Virus record (IMG/VR): IMGVR_UViG_3300021426_000068
Location: 68,808-132,807 of that record
Source of the DNA: a virus
Taxonomy: Duplodnaviria; Caudoviricetes
Length of the DNA stretch: 64,000 nt
Reading direction: 5' to 3' (one strand)
This document shows, in pieces, positions 40,401 through 50,331 of the stretch; position 1 is the stretch's first letter, and every line of letters starts with the position of its first letter. Made by a program: the position numbers and the translations under genes. Under the pieces are notes generated by a model. The model made no database searches. It saw nothing but the letters and a program-made list of their open reading frames with translations, and was not told the DNA's origin.

Positions 40401-41552
40401 ATAAGTTTCAATTCTTTTAAGAAATTTATCCCAAAGTTTTATGTTATCAACATGATTTCCTAATAAGATGTCTATTCTATTAATGTAATTTGAGGCATCA
40501 ACTATTTGGTCACTACCATCACGTAAAGTAAGTGAATCTTCTGCTTCATTTGATTCACCACCATCGGTTCTACCTCTACCTCTTTTTAAATCATCACCCC
40601 ATTCTTCTTTAAAATGTTCATAGTTTGCATAAATATAATCATAAGGAGTGATATCAACATTTCTAATATTGTTTAAAAGTCTACCGTCTAATTCAATTCT
40701 AATAAGTGGTGAAGTTTCTCTTAATCCGTAACCATAACCTTCTGCATTACTTCTCATACGTGTAAGTGACATATAATAATCACCTTTACGTCCTTCTTCA
40801 CCTTTTGAATCAGTTAAATTAAAAGTATCAGTAGCCATCATACTTATTAAATTCTGTAATGTTGTATAATGGTACTCTAAATCTACTGCTGATTCATTTA
40901 ATTTAGATTCACTTAGTTTCTGATATTTTTTAATATAAGGATTAATATAAACATCTAAAACATTTGGATATTCTTTAAACGATTTCCAAATTTTGATACC
41001 TAAATCTGGAAAATATCTAAATTGTATTTTTGATAACCTATCATCTAAAATATCAGTTTCAATAACAGCTCTATCATCCAAATGTGTATAAATACTAGTT
41101 TTAATTAATCTACAATTAAATTCATTAAATTCTATTTTATTTTCATAAATATAATCAACATTTGATAATTGGTGAACCACTGATTTAGGAAAATCAAATG
41201 CAAATGTAAATTCGTAATTATATTGTTTTTCAGAAAGCCAAACTGCTTTTGGACCACCTTCGGAACAGATACGAGGAATAAAACCACCATGAATAGTATT
41301 ATATTCTAAACCTTTTCTGTTAACACCATGATAAAGAGTAATAATTTCTTCATCGGATTCATTTATATGATAATAAGGTGAAATTTCACTATTTTCAGCA
41401 CCAAGTTTATATGTATCAGATTCAACATTTTCTCCAATACCCACAACAGCATCCATAACACCAGCGTTGACTTTACCACCAACCTGGTCTTGTGCGGCAA
41501 TTGCTTTCTTTAACTTCTTTTTTTGTTCTTCTGTTATGTATATAGTCTTCAT
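37482..41552 (-). CDS. Tagged polyvalent protein: ART-like domains, Zn ribbon, WC-motif domain and C-terminal nucleotidyltransferase
   Basis: LYHGVN; YHYT...MSLTR...EAE; CDKCG..CKDCG; WCISH...DLYGLS; LYHAS...SILKNGI; MTGSLANYNW...SDIDLH (PolB-type NTase GS..DxD). Confidence 0.75.
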   Translation of the reverse strand: MKTIYITEEQKKKLKKAIAAQDQVGGKVNAGVMDAVVGIGENVESDTYKLGAENSEISPYYHINESDEEIITLYHGVNRKGLEYNTIHGGFIPRICSEGGPKAVWLSEKQYNYEFTFAFDFPKSVVHQLSNVDYIYENKIEFNEFNCRLIKTSIYTHLDDRAVIETDILDDRLSKIQFRYFPDLGIKIWKSFKEYPNVLDVYINPYIKKYQKLSESKLNESAVDLEYHYTTLQNLISMMATDTFNLTDSKGEEGRKGDYYMSLTRMRSNAEGYGYGLRETSPLIRIELDGRLLNNIRNVDITPYDYIYANYEHFKEEWGDDLKRGRGRTDGGESNEAEDSLTLRDGSDQIVDASNYINRIDILLGNHVDNIKLWDKFLKRIETYPDWGEKMHFFTNMNDFNYQRNEIPRQKIYSIYSNQLKGMFEGRKKVIKNDKGEIVPEKCDKCGGKVVLQIHGEPVYICKDCGKYFGTMPFTLKENKLNESIEDLEDVFEERTHFELLNDFSLDKKHGIKQKQWNLIPAQQYHTLLKRYMESPIMARIPYNVVNNWFLNIIVPNAIDINNITDFAGHSGYFPSEDVSDYFGVDIEGYGDGCEYLDSIGFYDWCVLPDGSDAWSDYGLKPLFDIINLYNPNMEAGEILILINRCLDVVHQRGDLSSAFIEGGKHSCDYISNSVNENKLNENSNDRKINNYIKQKFGLTNFQDIRNKVMEVYKVIPYARIFSGRYLLGVFRLLFEDKIPRNEYTILNKVLYTINHNWYNIGQHLDNNLNNLSIEELINFTNLDVSLSPKINYVEKTRKVGNGYTITHVDSFEEMDLLCDGEWCISHDESTWDEIISEETVYLVQNEQMIEKFDIDYEQNKEKWDEIFDSIEYMDDSELGSYKHGGTPYDLYGLSRFVVLVSNWGISSCYSRYNIPNCLDGDFLNEKQLSELLGVNAEEAFPYIKPKEINENIEVEDKWNGDNEKLEPLKRLKIVPPVLYHASYKKNRESILKNGIYASVGDEYRDWWSYEGPNGEIPDDDELEYLVFLSTKPTTWSDNFYLDTMDIYEIDTKQLDKNCFYLDPTKDLALKGSICYTGNIPPSAIKLYDTKYFGKSVNENIEVEIAPEEVDLSSFSIKKKLNPKFWVDEHLDSRIRLKLLDISDDFIEYLGIDPNIVKDIIMTGSLANYNWNEKYSDIDLHVLLDYSDVDENVEFVKQYFMAQKTAWNNEHKDLKIFGFPIEVYVQDINEKHDSSGVYSLDRDKWLREPDRDVLATSKVNKSYIKDKVSEYTDKIDKLVYLYKKSKNDEYKLNKVYEKANALWDEIKNSRKIGFEKSGGKEVNNENVIFKCLRRNKFLDKLYNLKTKTYDKLNSML

Positions 41553-41592
41553 TTATAATCAATATAATAATAAATAGTTAAACTAAAAAGAA

Positions 41593-41617
41593 AAAAGCAG
41601 ACAATTTGTCTGCTTTT
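41593..41617. terminator. Intrinsic terminator
   Basis: AAAAGCAGACAA-t-TTGTCTGCTTTT. Confidence 0.75.
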
Positions 41618-41638
41618 CATTAATAATATTTGTTTATA

Positions 41639-43222
41639 TTAGTCTTTTACTACTTCAAAAACAGGAACACCATCTTCAGAGGTTTCAACAACATGATAGC
41701 CTTCTGCTACAAATGATACATGACCGCTTGGTTCACTATATGATTCTGCTGGATTATAATTGTAGAATTTACCACCATAAACATTAATTTTGGCTGTACC
41801 TTCTGTATAACTCTTATCAAGACAATTAAGCATAAACTTACAATGTCCTTTAATGTCTAACTCAGGTTCACCTAACATTTTAAATGTACCGCCATATACA
41901 TTAATTGTACCATTTTCAGCATAAAGAACATGAGTATAGGCTTCAAAGTTACCACCATTTACATTAAGAACACAATCTTTTCCTGAAACCCAAACGCCAT
42001 AACTATCAGTGTTATTAATAAGTTTTCCTTCACCGTTGATTGTTAAGTTTACACTACCTCTTAAGAAAATACTACCTGAAGATTTTGTGCCACATTTAAC
42101 TTCATGATTATTAAGGTTGTAAATATATTTACCATTTGCAATAATACCGAACACCACACCTTTATTGGTATCAATATCTTCAGCAAAGTTATAAACACCT
42201 GAATTTGAAGTTAACTTATTAAAGTTAGTATTATCAACTTCAAGTGTATAAGGATTATATTCTATCTCTTCATTAATAATTTCATCGGCAAAATCTTTAA
42301 TATCAATACCATAGAAAATAACTTTTCCTTTTAACACATTAAGTGACATTGCATGAAAACCTGCTTTAAGAATAAGTGTGTTTTCACTAACTGTTGCTGT
42401 GACATCAGTATATTTTCCACCCATAGTAACGGTTGAATTTGGTGCATATATTGTTGGACTACCCATTACTTCAGCATTACCATCATTGATAGTTAATTTA
42501 TTAGTTCCAAGATATTTAACACCACTTTTATCACCAACGAAGTTAATACTTAATGTTACATCAGTTGCTACATTATCATCAATACCTATTATACCATGTA
42601 CATCAGCATATGTTGATTGTGAAGCACTAATTGATTTACCGTTAAGGTAGATGTTGTTATATTTCCCTTTTAAATATACACTTGCACCATTATTAGAAAC
42701 AATAGAAATATCAATTGGTTCTTCACTTGTATTCTCAATTGTTAAGGATTTTGAAGAATTTGTAGTAATTGTAGCACCGTTTTGGAAATTACCTTTTACT
42801 GTTGAACTTACTGAAACTGTTTCAGGAATTGTTAAATTATTAACAGTACCTTCATCAACAGTTACCGTTGTTGTTTTTGTAGCATTTTCTAATTCATTTA
42901 TAACATTTTCTTCAATTACATTTTGTTCAGGTGTATTTTCAATTACTTCTGGTTGTACAACAGGGTCATCTGGTCCTGGTGTTGGTGGAACAGGAGGTGT
43001 TGGCGGAACAGGTTTTTCTTCACTTTTTTGTGCAATAAGAGTAGCACTAATTGTTTCCATTTGGTCAACTCCTTTTGCTGTATAGTCAAATATTGATACA
43101 ACTGGTTCATCAACTTTTCCAACAGTATATTTTTTAAGAAGTTTACTTAATTTTGGAATTAAACCACTAAAATCTGATTTTTCTTTAAAACCGTATCTAT
43201 TAAAATTGTTATTTCTCATCAC
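41639..43222 (-). CDS. Putative virion surface/decoration protein with Pro-rich linker and beta-helix-like body
   Basis: PVPPTPPVPPTPGP linker; repeated INVYGG.F; N-terminus paralogous to 43243-43449. Confidence 0.55.
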   Translation of the reverse strand: MMRNNNFNRYGFKEKSDFSGLIPKLSKLLKKYTVGKVDEPVVSIFDYTAKGVDQMETISATLIAQKSEEKPVPPTPPVPPTPGPDDPVVQPEVIENTPEQNVIEENVINELENATKTTTVTVDEGTVNNLTIPETVSVSSTVKGNFQNGATITTNSSKSLTIENTSEEPIDISIVSNNGASVYLKGKYNNIYLNGKSISASQSTYADVHGIIGIDDNVATDVTLSINFVGDKSGVKYLGTNKLTINDGNAEVMGSPTIYAPNSTVTMGGKYTDVTATVSENTLILKAGFHAMSLNVLKGKVIFYGIDIKDFADEIINEEIEYNPYTLEVDNTNFNKLTSNSGVYNFAEDIDTNKGVVFGIIANGKYIYNLNNHEVKCGTKSSGSIFLRGSVNLTINGEGKLINNTDSYGVWVSGKDCVLNVNGGNFEAYTHVLYAENGTINVYGGTFKMLGEPELDIKGHCKFMLNCLDKSYTEGTAKINVYGGKFYNYNPAESYSEPSGHVSFVAEGYHVVETSEDGVPVFEVVKD

Positions 43223-43242
43223 AATACATATTTTATTGAATA

Positions 43243-43449
43243 TTATAATTCAATTTTGCTAATTTCATTAACATTAATTGTTTTCATTTGGTCAACGCCT
43301 TTTGCTGTTTGGTCAAATATTGACACAACTGGTTCATCAACTTTTCCAATTGTATATTCTTCACCAAGTTCTTCCATAACTTTTGGAATTAAACCTTCGA
43401 ACTTAGTTCCTTCATTATAACCATAATCTCTAAATGAATTATTTACCAT
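43243..43449 (-). CDS. Stand-alone copy of the N-terminal domain of the downstream protein
   Basis: GLIPK...YT.GKVDEPVVSIFD.TAKGVDQM.TI shared; late motif at 43489-43499. Confidence 0.7.
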   Translation of the reverse strand: MVNNSFRDYGYNEGTKFEGLIPKVMEELGEEYTIGKVDEPVVSIFDQTAKGVDQMKTINVNEISKIEL

Positions 43450-43519
43450 AGTTTTTATTAATTAATAACGTTATTATTCTATTTTCTAAATAAATAGTTA
43501 TTAAAAATAAAAACAATTT

Positions 43520-44251
43520 TTATTTATTTAATAAGTATCTTCTTAAAATATTTTGTGCTGTTCCACTAATTTTTGTATTATCTCTAACAAAAGCAATGTC
43601 TTCAAACGAAGCATTAGTCATTGCTGTATCTCTTTCTTCATCAGATTTAAAACCACCAATTGTGTTTTTTATTTTCTCATTAATATTTCTTGGTTTTTCT
43701 AACATATGATAGACAGTAATTCTTGAAGGGTCTATCTGTAAGGCATCAATTAAATAATTTTGTGCCATAATATCTACACCTTCATAGTCACCAACAATAA
43801 ATAAACAATCTTCAACTTCAGACACAACATTGTTTAATACTGGTTGATAATTAATTTCAAATTCTTCGTTTGTTATATCTCTATGTCCTGAAATAAAATA
43901 TGTTTTGTTAATGTCTATTGTTTTTTCTCTTTCTTTTTCCATTAATTTATAATACTCTTCCCATATAACATCAACATTTTCATCTTTAACTCTTTCAAAT
44001 TCATAATTTGGTTTTATTACTTTGTTAAGTGTTTTACCATGAGAAGATTGTTCAAAACCTGATAAGAGTAAAACATAATCTTCCATTTTTACATCTTTAT
44101 AATTATATGTCCATCCGTTTTTAAATGTAACATATAATTCAACTTTGTTTTCATTTTCATGTTCTACTGCTTTAGTAAAACAAAACATTGTAGAATCATA
44201 CCACACTTTTTGTGTTTTTGTATTTTCATCATATATTTTATAAATCACCAT
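43520..44251 (-). CDS. KTSC-like domain fused to SLOG/YspA-like domain
   Basis: WYDST...LYVTFKNGWTYNYKDV; YFISGHRD, GDYEGVD.MA, RDTAM, SGTAQNI; likely start 44251. Confidence 0.6.
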   Translation of the reverse strand: MVIYKIYDENTKTQKVWYDSTMFCFTKAVEHENENKVELYVTFKNGWTYNYKDVKMEDYVLLLSGFEQSSHGKTLNKVIKPNYEFERVKDENVDVIWEEYYKLMEKEREKTIDINKTYFISGHRDITNEEFEINYQPVLNNVVSEVEDCLFIVGDYEGVDIMAQNYLIDALQIDPSRITVYHMLEKPRNINEKIKNTIGGFKSDEERDTAMTNASFEDIAFVRDNTKISGTAQNILRRYLLNK

Positions 44252-44279
44252 ATAACTTGACTTTTTCAAATAAAATATG

Positions 44280-44287
44280 TATTTTTG
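44280..44287 (+). promoter_or_regulatory. Bacteroidota-type -7 promoter box TAnnTTTG (representative copy upstream of clpC)
   Basis: Also at 22644, 55678, 58986, 61787 (+) and about 25091 (-), some with upstream TTTG. Confidence 0.65.
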
Positions 44288-44317
44288 CAAAAAAAGAAAA
44301 GTAAAATTATATTAAAT

Positions 44318-46990
44318 ATGAGTGAAAATACTAACATGATTATTTCAGACGAAAAATTTTCAAATGAGTTAAAAGAAGTTCTTGATTATATGGTTGAAGA
44401 GATTGCTAAGGACGAACTTCCAACCGTTGTTATTAGTCCTGAATATTTTTTCTTATCAGTGTTAGAAATTGAAAATTGTGAAGCATATAAAACTTTAAAC
44501 CGTATTATTCAAGTAAATACATTAGATGCAATAGAAGCATCAATAGTTAATTTTTTATCAAGTAAAGCTTTAACTGCAATTAAACCTAATAGAGCACAAA
44601 AATATGATGATAAACTCATTAATTATTTAAAACAATCTGAAGAAGAAATGAAAAAGTTAGGTGATTCAGAGATAACAAGTGACCATGTTATGCTTGCAAT
44701 CCTTAATGATGATTCATTTGAAAATAGAATCAGAAAAATAATTAATGCAAAACGTATTGACTATACAACATATAAAGATTTAATCCAACATAAAAAAAAT
44801 GATAAAAATAAGCCTGATTTAAAAATAGATAAAACAAGTTCAGATTTACCAAACTATAAATTAATTGGAATTGATTTGAGTCAATTGCCAAACGGTGATG
44901 AAATCATGCAAAAACTTGTTTTAGGACAAATCACACCAGAAGAAATAATAAATAAATATCCTAATGCCATATCAGGAACAATGCCAACAAATCAAACAAC
45001 AAATTCAAAAAGTAAAACGCCAAATATTGATTCTTTTTGTACCAATTTAAATAATATGGTAGAAAACGGTAAAATTGACGAAATTGTAGGTAGAGAAAAA
45101 GAAACCGAAGAAATTATTAGAATTTTAGGAAGAAGAAGAAAAAACAATGCAATTCTTGTTGGTTCTGAAGGCGTTGGTAAAACAGTAATTTGTGAAAACC
45201 TTGCTTCAAAAATAGTTAAACAAGAAGTACCAGATTTCTTATTAAATAAAATCGTTATATCTCTTGATATTACGGCATTACAGGCTGGGACAACTCTTAG
45301 GGGTATGTTTGAAGAAAGAGTTAAAGGTCTTCTTAATGAAATTAGAGACAATGGTAATTATATTCTTTTCATTGACAACATCGGAAATGTACTTAATGAC
45401 AAGGGGAGAAATGATTATGATATTTCTGGTATGATTTCACATTCGTTGGAAACAGGTGAAGTTCAGGTTATTGGTACTGCTGATTATAAATCATTTAGAA
45501 AAACTTTTGACAAAGACCCTTCATTAAACAGACGTTTTCAAAAAATTGTTGTTGATGCACCTTCAGTAGAAGAATCACTTGATATAATTAATGGAATTAA
45601 GCATTATTATGAAGATTATCATCATGTTGTATATACAAACGAAGCAATAAAATCTTGTGTTGAATTATCAAACAGATATATTTCTGAAAGAAATCTTCCA
45701 GATTCAGCAATAGATGTTCTTGACGAAGCAGGCTCTATTATTGGAACTAGTGCTGATTCTATACCTGAAGTTGGTAAACTTAAAAAACAAATTAATGATA
45801 TTAAATTTGAAATAGATAAAGAAAAACAAAAAGAAAACTATAAAAGAGTTGATGAATTATCAACTATTGAAAAATCATTAAATTCACAAATAAAGGGTTT
45901 AACAGAAAAACATAAAGAAAAAAGATTAAATAATCCTGAAGTAATTGATGAATCCGTTATTCTTGAACTTATTTCAAAGAAAACTAAAATTCCAGTAAAT
46001 AAATTAACATCTGACGATAAGAAAAGATTATTAAATATTAATAACAGACTTAAAGAAGAAGTTATTGGACAAGACGAAGCAATTGATACTATTTGCCGAG
46101 CACTTAAAAGAAATAGAATTGGATTAAGTAATAACAAATGCCTTTATAGTGCACTGGCTGTAGGAAAGACAGGTGTTGGTAAAACATTGATAGCCAAAAA
46201 ATTAGCAAAAGAAATGTTTGGTACTGAAGATGCACTTATTCGTTTTGATATGTCAGAGTACCATGATAAAACGGCTGTTAATAAACTTATAGGTTCAAAT
46301 CCAGGATATGTTGGTTATGAAGAAGGTGGTTTATTAACCGAAGCAGTTAAAAACAAGAAATATTGTGTGTTGTTACTTGACGAAATTGAAAAGGCTGACC
46401 CTGAAGTTTACAATATATTCTTACAGGTACTTGATGAAGGTTTTCTTACTGATAATTCAGGTATGCATGTTGACTTCAGAAATGTAATAGTTATTTTCAC
46501 ATCGAATGTTGGTACTAAGGCAGCAAATGATTTTGGTAAAGGAATTGGATTTGGAGAAAATGATAACAGTAAAAAAATATTACTTAAAGAATTAAAGAAT
46601 AGATTTCCGCCAGAATTTATCAATAGATTAACAAATGTAATTTATTTTAATAATTTAACAGAAGATAATCTTAAAGAGATTATTAAACTTGAAATTGGTA
46701 AATTACAAAAAAGATTAAATAAAATTGGTTATGATTTAAAATATGACAAATATGTTATTGATTATATTTTAAATATAATTAAAGATGAAAAAGAATATGG
46801 TGCAAGACCAATTATGAGAGCAATTCAAGACGAAATTGAAGATAAAATAACAGATTTGTTACTTGAAAAAGATTATGAAAACGGTTATGTATTTAATGTA
46901 ACATATCCACAAAGACTTGTTACACCTTCATCTTTAATGCCAGGTATTGTTGAAGAAGAACCTATTTATGATACACTACAAACAAGTTAA
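44318..46990 (+). CDS. clpC: ClpC/ClpB-type AAA+ chaperone
   Basis: Clp-N repeats, GSEGVGKT, LPDSAIDVLDEAG, short UVR-like coil, GKTGVGKT, IGSNPGYVGYEEGG, YGARP. Confidence 0.9.
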   Translation: MSENTNMIISDEKFSNELKEVLDYMVEEIAKDELPTVVISPEYFFLSVLEIENCEAYKTLNRIIQVNTLDAIEASIVNFLSSKALTAIKPNRAQKYDDKLINYLKQSEEEMKKLGDSEITSDHVMLAILNDDSFENRIRKIINAKRIDYTTYKDLIQHKKNDKNKPDLKIDKTSSDLPNYKLIGIDLSQLPNGDEIMQKLVLGQITPEEIINKYPNAISGTMPTNQTTNSKSKTPNIDSFCTNLNNMVENGKIDEIVGREKETEEIIRILGRRRKNNAILVGSEGVGKTVICENLASKIVKQEVPDFLLNKIVISLDITALQAGTTLRGMFEERVKGLLNEIRDNGNYILFIDNIGNVLNDKGRNDYDISGMISHSLETGEVQVIGTADYKSFRKTFDKDPSLNRRFQKIVVDAPSVEESLDIINGIKHYYEDYHHVVYTNEAIKSCVELSNRYISERNLPDSAIDVLDEAGSIIGTSADSIPEVGKLKKQINDIKFEIDKEKQKENYKRVDELSTIEKSLNSQIKGLTEKHKEKRLNNPEVIDESVILELISKKTKIPVNKLTSDDKKRLLNINNRLKEEVIGQDEAIDTICRALKRNRIGLSNNKCLYSALAVGKTGVGKTLIAKKLAKEMFGTEDALIRFDMSEYHDKTAVNKLIGSNPGYVGYEEGGLLTEAVKNKKYCVLLLDEIEKADPEVYNIFLQVLDEGFLTDNSGMHVDFRNVIVIFTSNVGTKAANDFGKGIGFGENDNSKKILLKELKNRFPPEFINRLTNVIYFNNLTEDNLKEIIKLEIGKLQKRLNKIGYDLKYDKYVIDYILNIIKDEKEYGARPIMRAIQDEIEDKITDLLLEKDYENGYVFNVTYPQRLVTPSSLMPGIVEEEPIYDTLQTS

Positions 46991-47014
46991 AAGTCAGGAT
47001 TAATCCTGACTTTT
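46989..47014. terminator. Bidirectional terminator
   Basis: AAAAGTCAGGAT-ta-ATCCTGACTTTT. Confidence 0.75.
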
Positions 47015-47602
47015 TTCTTTTAATATTTTATTTTCTTGTAATTGTTTCTTTTTAATATAAACATAATCAGCAAATGGTTGTCTTTGTTTTCTTCCTCTAT
47101 AAAGCCACTTTTTAAAGACTTTAAGAGACACACCTGTTATAGACATAAAACCATCCCATCCTGGCGAAAAATTAGCAAAATAAGCCTTTTTAGCGTCTTT
47201 TTTAGATTTAAACCCTAACATTACTTTTGTTTCATCAAATTCACCTTTATCGTTTGATTGGTCAACACAATAAACGTTTTCAAAATCTTCTATATCTGGT
47301 CCAATGAATACATCAACAGCATCACCGTCTTTACCTTTAGTCACATTAAAATAACCATAATGATTCTTCATTACGTTATACTTTTTTTCACCATCTTCGG
47401 TATAATAACGTTTACTACCAATAGGGTTTTCTATTGCTATTTTCATACCTTTAACTGATATGTGACCCATTTTATAGTTCGAGGCTTCTTTTTGGGAGTC
47501 AGTTGGGTTAAGATTAATATCTTTACATTTATCATTAATTTCTTTGTAAGAAATTTCCAGTAAAGTATTATATTGTGATTCTGTTATTATTAATTTTCGC
47601 AT
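47000..47602 (-). CDS. Tagged inorganic-pyrophosphatase-like (InPase) domain protein
   Basis: Start MRKLIITESQYNTLLE; PT..QKEA.NYK.GH, IENP.GS.R, YGY....G.DGDAVDVFIG, FDE.KVMLGF. Confidence 0.75.
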   Translation of the reverse strand: MRKLIITESQYNTLLEISYKEINDKCKDINLNPTDSQKEASNYKMGHISVKGMKIAIENPIGSKRYYTEDGEKKYNVMKNHYGYFNVTKGKDGDAVDVFIGPDIEDFENVYCVDQSNDKGEFDETKVMLGFKSKKDAKKAYFANFSPGWDGFMSITGVSLKVFKKWLYRGRKQRQPFADYVYIKKKQLQENKILKEKSQD

Positions 47603-48680
47603 AGTATCTTTTCTTTTTTTCCCTTTCATTTCTTAAAATTCTTCTTCTTTCTTTTCTAATATCCTGTGTATATTTTATTAAACCATCTGGCTTAAAATTT
47701 TTAATATTTTCAATACCAATTTCATTTTCAGTTACAATTTTATATTCAATATTTTGTTTAGTATAAAACTGTCTAGCAACTTCAAATTTTATTACATTTA
47801 TTTTATCATTTAATAATGAAGAAGGTTTTATTTCTTCTACAACAATTTTATTTGTATAAAAAATTTTAAAATCAGGAACATAATAATGAGATATTTCGTT
47901 TAAATCTTTATATGGTATTCTTTCAGTATTTTTTTCCCATGATAAAACAGTATTATCTTCATCTAATTGTTTCATTCTTGTTGCTTCCCAAATAGAATCT
48001 GCAATAAACCATTTTTTATTTTTGTTAGAGTACCAAGGTAAAGTTGTACCTTTAAAATATTTTCTACCCTTATTTGCTGACAATGTAAAAGCGTCTGAAA
48101 GACTTCTCATTGCACCTGCATTTTTAACCCATCTTGCAATAGTTGTTGTTCCATAACCATATATTTCGTGTAATTCACAAATATTTAAACCGTTAACATA
48201 TTCATTAATGATTTTATCTTTTACAATATCATCAATTTTATTATGGGGTATATGTTTTATTTTAATCCCTTTTTCTTTTAATATTTTATAAATGGTAGCA
48301 TCACTTTTAATATTGAACTTTGTTTGAATTTCTGAAATTTTAACACCATTATTAAAATATTTAATTATATTCTTTTTAGTTTTTTCATTTATTTTTTTAT
48401 TTAATTTTCTAACAATTCCATGTTTATTAAGAACTTCGTAAATTTTTTTCCCTGATACTTTTAATTTTGAAACTATTTCTTCTATTGTAACTTTATTTTC
48501 ATATAATTCTATAATAGAATTTATTTGTTTTTCTGTTAAAATAATTTTGTTACTGCGTCTTTCAATTTTATTTTTTTTTAATATTCCTAAAATTTTACTT
48601 TTACTACAATTGTATTTTTTTGCAAGTTTTAAACTTGATAAACCATCTTGATATTCTTTTATAATTAAACTTTCATTCAT
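47568..48680 (-). CDS. Free-standing endonuclease: tandem HTH repeats plus TnsA-like PD-(D/E)XK domain
   Basis: Four HTH-like units; DSIWE, YVPDF, EEIKP; overlaps next gene start. Confidence 0.7.
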   Translation of the reverse strand: MNESLIIKEYQDGLSSLKLAKKYNCSKSKILGILKKNKIERRSNKIILTEKQINSIIELYENKVTIEEIVSKLKVSGKKIYEVLNKHGIVRKLNKKINEKTKKNIIKYFNNGVKISEIQTKFNIKSDATIYKILKEKGIKIKHIPHNKIDDIVKDKIINEYVNGLNICELHEIYGYGTTTIARWVKNAGAMRSLSDAFTLSANKGRKYFKGTTLPWYSNKNKKWFIADSIWEATRMKQLDEDNTVLSWEKNTERIPYKDLNEISHYYVPDFKIFYTNKIVVEEIKPSSLLNDKINVIKFEVARQFYTKQNIEYKIVTENEIGIENIKNFKPDGLIKYTQDIRKERRRILRNEREKKKRYYAKINNNRITI

Positions 48681-48807
48681 AAATTTATTATTTTATAATA
48701 AATAGTTTATTCCCATCAAAAGTTTGTTCATCGGATGGTTTTCATGTTGATTTTATAAAATAATTGTATATATTATATACAAATAAATATAACTGAAATT
48801 TAAAAAT

Positions 48808-49752
48808 ATGAATAAAAACTTTACTAAAATTATTTGTGAAGCGGAAAATGACTGGAATAATATTTTATTTGAAAGAGACTCTTTTTTTAAGAAAAAAGAT
48901 GTTACCAGAAAAATGTTAAATGAAGCATACGGTTCAATACCTGGGCAATTTGAGTCTGTTGAAATCATTGCAAAAAAAATTTTTGATTCATTATATTCTT
49001 CTTCATATGAAAAAACAAAAGTAAAGAATATAGAAACAGAACATCATGTCAAAGGAATAGGTAAAATAAAAATTAAAAGTACTTGGTATAATTTACCTTC
49101 ACCCTATGAAAAACCTGTTAGAGCAAAAAAAGTATATGATAATAAAGTACCATTAATTATGTTAGAAATTTATTATCAAAATGAATTACCATATGAAATT
49201 GAAACCACAATAGCACACGAAATAATGCATTGTTTTCAAGATACTTTACCAAAAGTAAAAGGTGTAAATGAAAAATCTATGATATTATATAGATATTTAC
49301 CTGAAATGTTTAATTTTGCACCATCATACTTTTCGAGAATGTTTTTTTATGGCTTATATATATGTTATCATATTGAAGTATCAGCAAACGTTTCTTCAAT
49401 TTCTAATTTTATGAAAAGATATTTTAAAGACAAAAAGGTTAAAACAATAACTACCAATGAATTTCAAGAAGCTTTGTATAAATGTGATAAATATAAAATA
49501 TATGAAGATGTTCTGAATGTACTTACAAATATTCAACCAACACAAAAAGATAAAGAATATATTTTTCAAAAAATAACTGGAATATTTTTTAATTTTTTTA
49601 AAAATAATGAACCAATAAATTTTTATAACAAAGAAACTTTTAATGTGAATAAATTTATTCAAGAAAACACAAATAATATAATTAAAATTTGCAAAGAAAC
49701 AATTTTTAAAATGCAAAAGAATATAATGTTATACAAAGAAAAGGGAGAATAG
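48808..49752 (+). CDS. Zincin-like metallopeptidase
   Basis: IAHEIMHCFQ, Y...HIEVSA; paralog of 28967-29776. Confidence 0.55.
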   Translation: MNKNFTKIICEAENDWNNILFERDSFFKKKDVTRKMLNEAYGSIPGQFESVEIIAKKIFDSLYSSSYEKTKVKNIETEHHVKGIGKIKIKSTWYNLPSPYEKPVRAKKVYDNKVPLIMLEIYYQNELPYEIETTIAHEIMHCFQDTLPKVKGVNEKSMILYRYLPEMFNFAPSYFSRMFFYGLYICYHIEVSANVSSISNFMKRYFKDKKVKTITTNEFQEALYKCDKYKIYEDVLNVLTNIQPTQKDKEYIFQKITGIFFNFFKNNEPINFYNKETFNVNKFIQENTNNIIKICKETIFKMQKNIMLYKEKGE

Positions 49753-49763
49753 TTATTCTCCCT

Positions 49764-50186
49764 TTATGGTTTCAAACAATTTACTGAAAGGTTTCCAAAT
49801 ACGCCTATTTTATTATCAAACCAATCTTTAATTACCTGTTTCATGAATAAGTCTCTACAAACAGTATCTTTAAACATATTTTTAAATTTATCAATTAACA
49901 AATCTTGTAAATCCTCTTCATATAAACTTTTAAGTGGTTCACCATTAGATGCAAACATACTTACAATACGAACTTTTTCAGGCATACCATTAGCACCAAT
50001 ACGTTCAAGATTACCCTTTTTAAAATTGTTGTCTAGAAACTTCTTAACAACAAGTACTTTATCAGGGTCAATAGAATATGGTTTACCTGTACTTTTTGGA
50101 ACAGGTATTTGTTGAACTTCTATTTCTTCATTCAACATCTTTATAAGTTTTTTTTCTTGTTCTTCTGTTATAATAACTCTTTTCAT
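49764..50186 (-). CDS. Tagged hypothetical protein
   Basis: Start MKRVIITEEQEKKLIKMLNEE; late motif at 50203-50211. Confidence 0.7.
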   Translation of the reverse strand: MKRVIITEEQEKKLIKMLNEEIEVQQIPVPKSTGKPYSIDPDKVLVVKKFLDNNFKKGNLERIGANGMPEKVRIVSMFASNGEPLKSLYEEDLQDLLIDKFKNMFKDTVCRDLFMKQVIKDWFDNKIGVFGNLSVNCLKP

Positions 50187-50331
50187 ATATGTATAATATA
50201 TCTATAAATAGATAATAAATCACGAAAAAATAATAAATATTTTTCTATGTTTTTTTATAACTTTATATTGTTTCTTACTATTTATTAATAGAAAGAAATT
50301 CTATGATTTGGGAAATATTGTGGAATAAAAT

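Noticed and set aside
47568-48680. Tn7-like transposon or CAST
   Set aside because: Only a TnsA-like nuclease domain; no TnsB/C/TniQ or ends. It fits a free-standing homing endonuclease.
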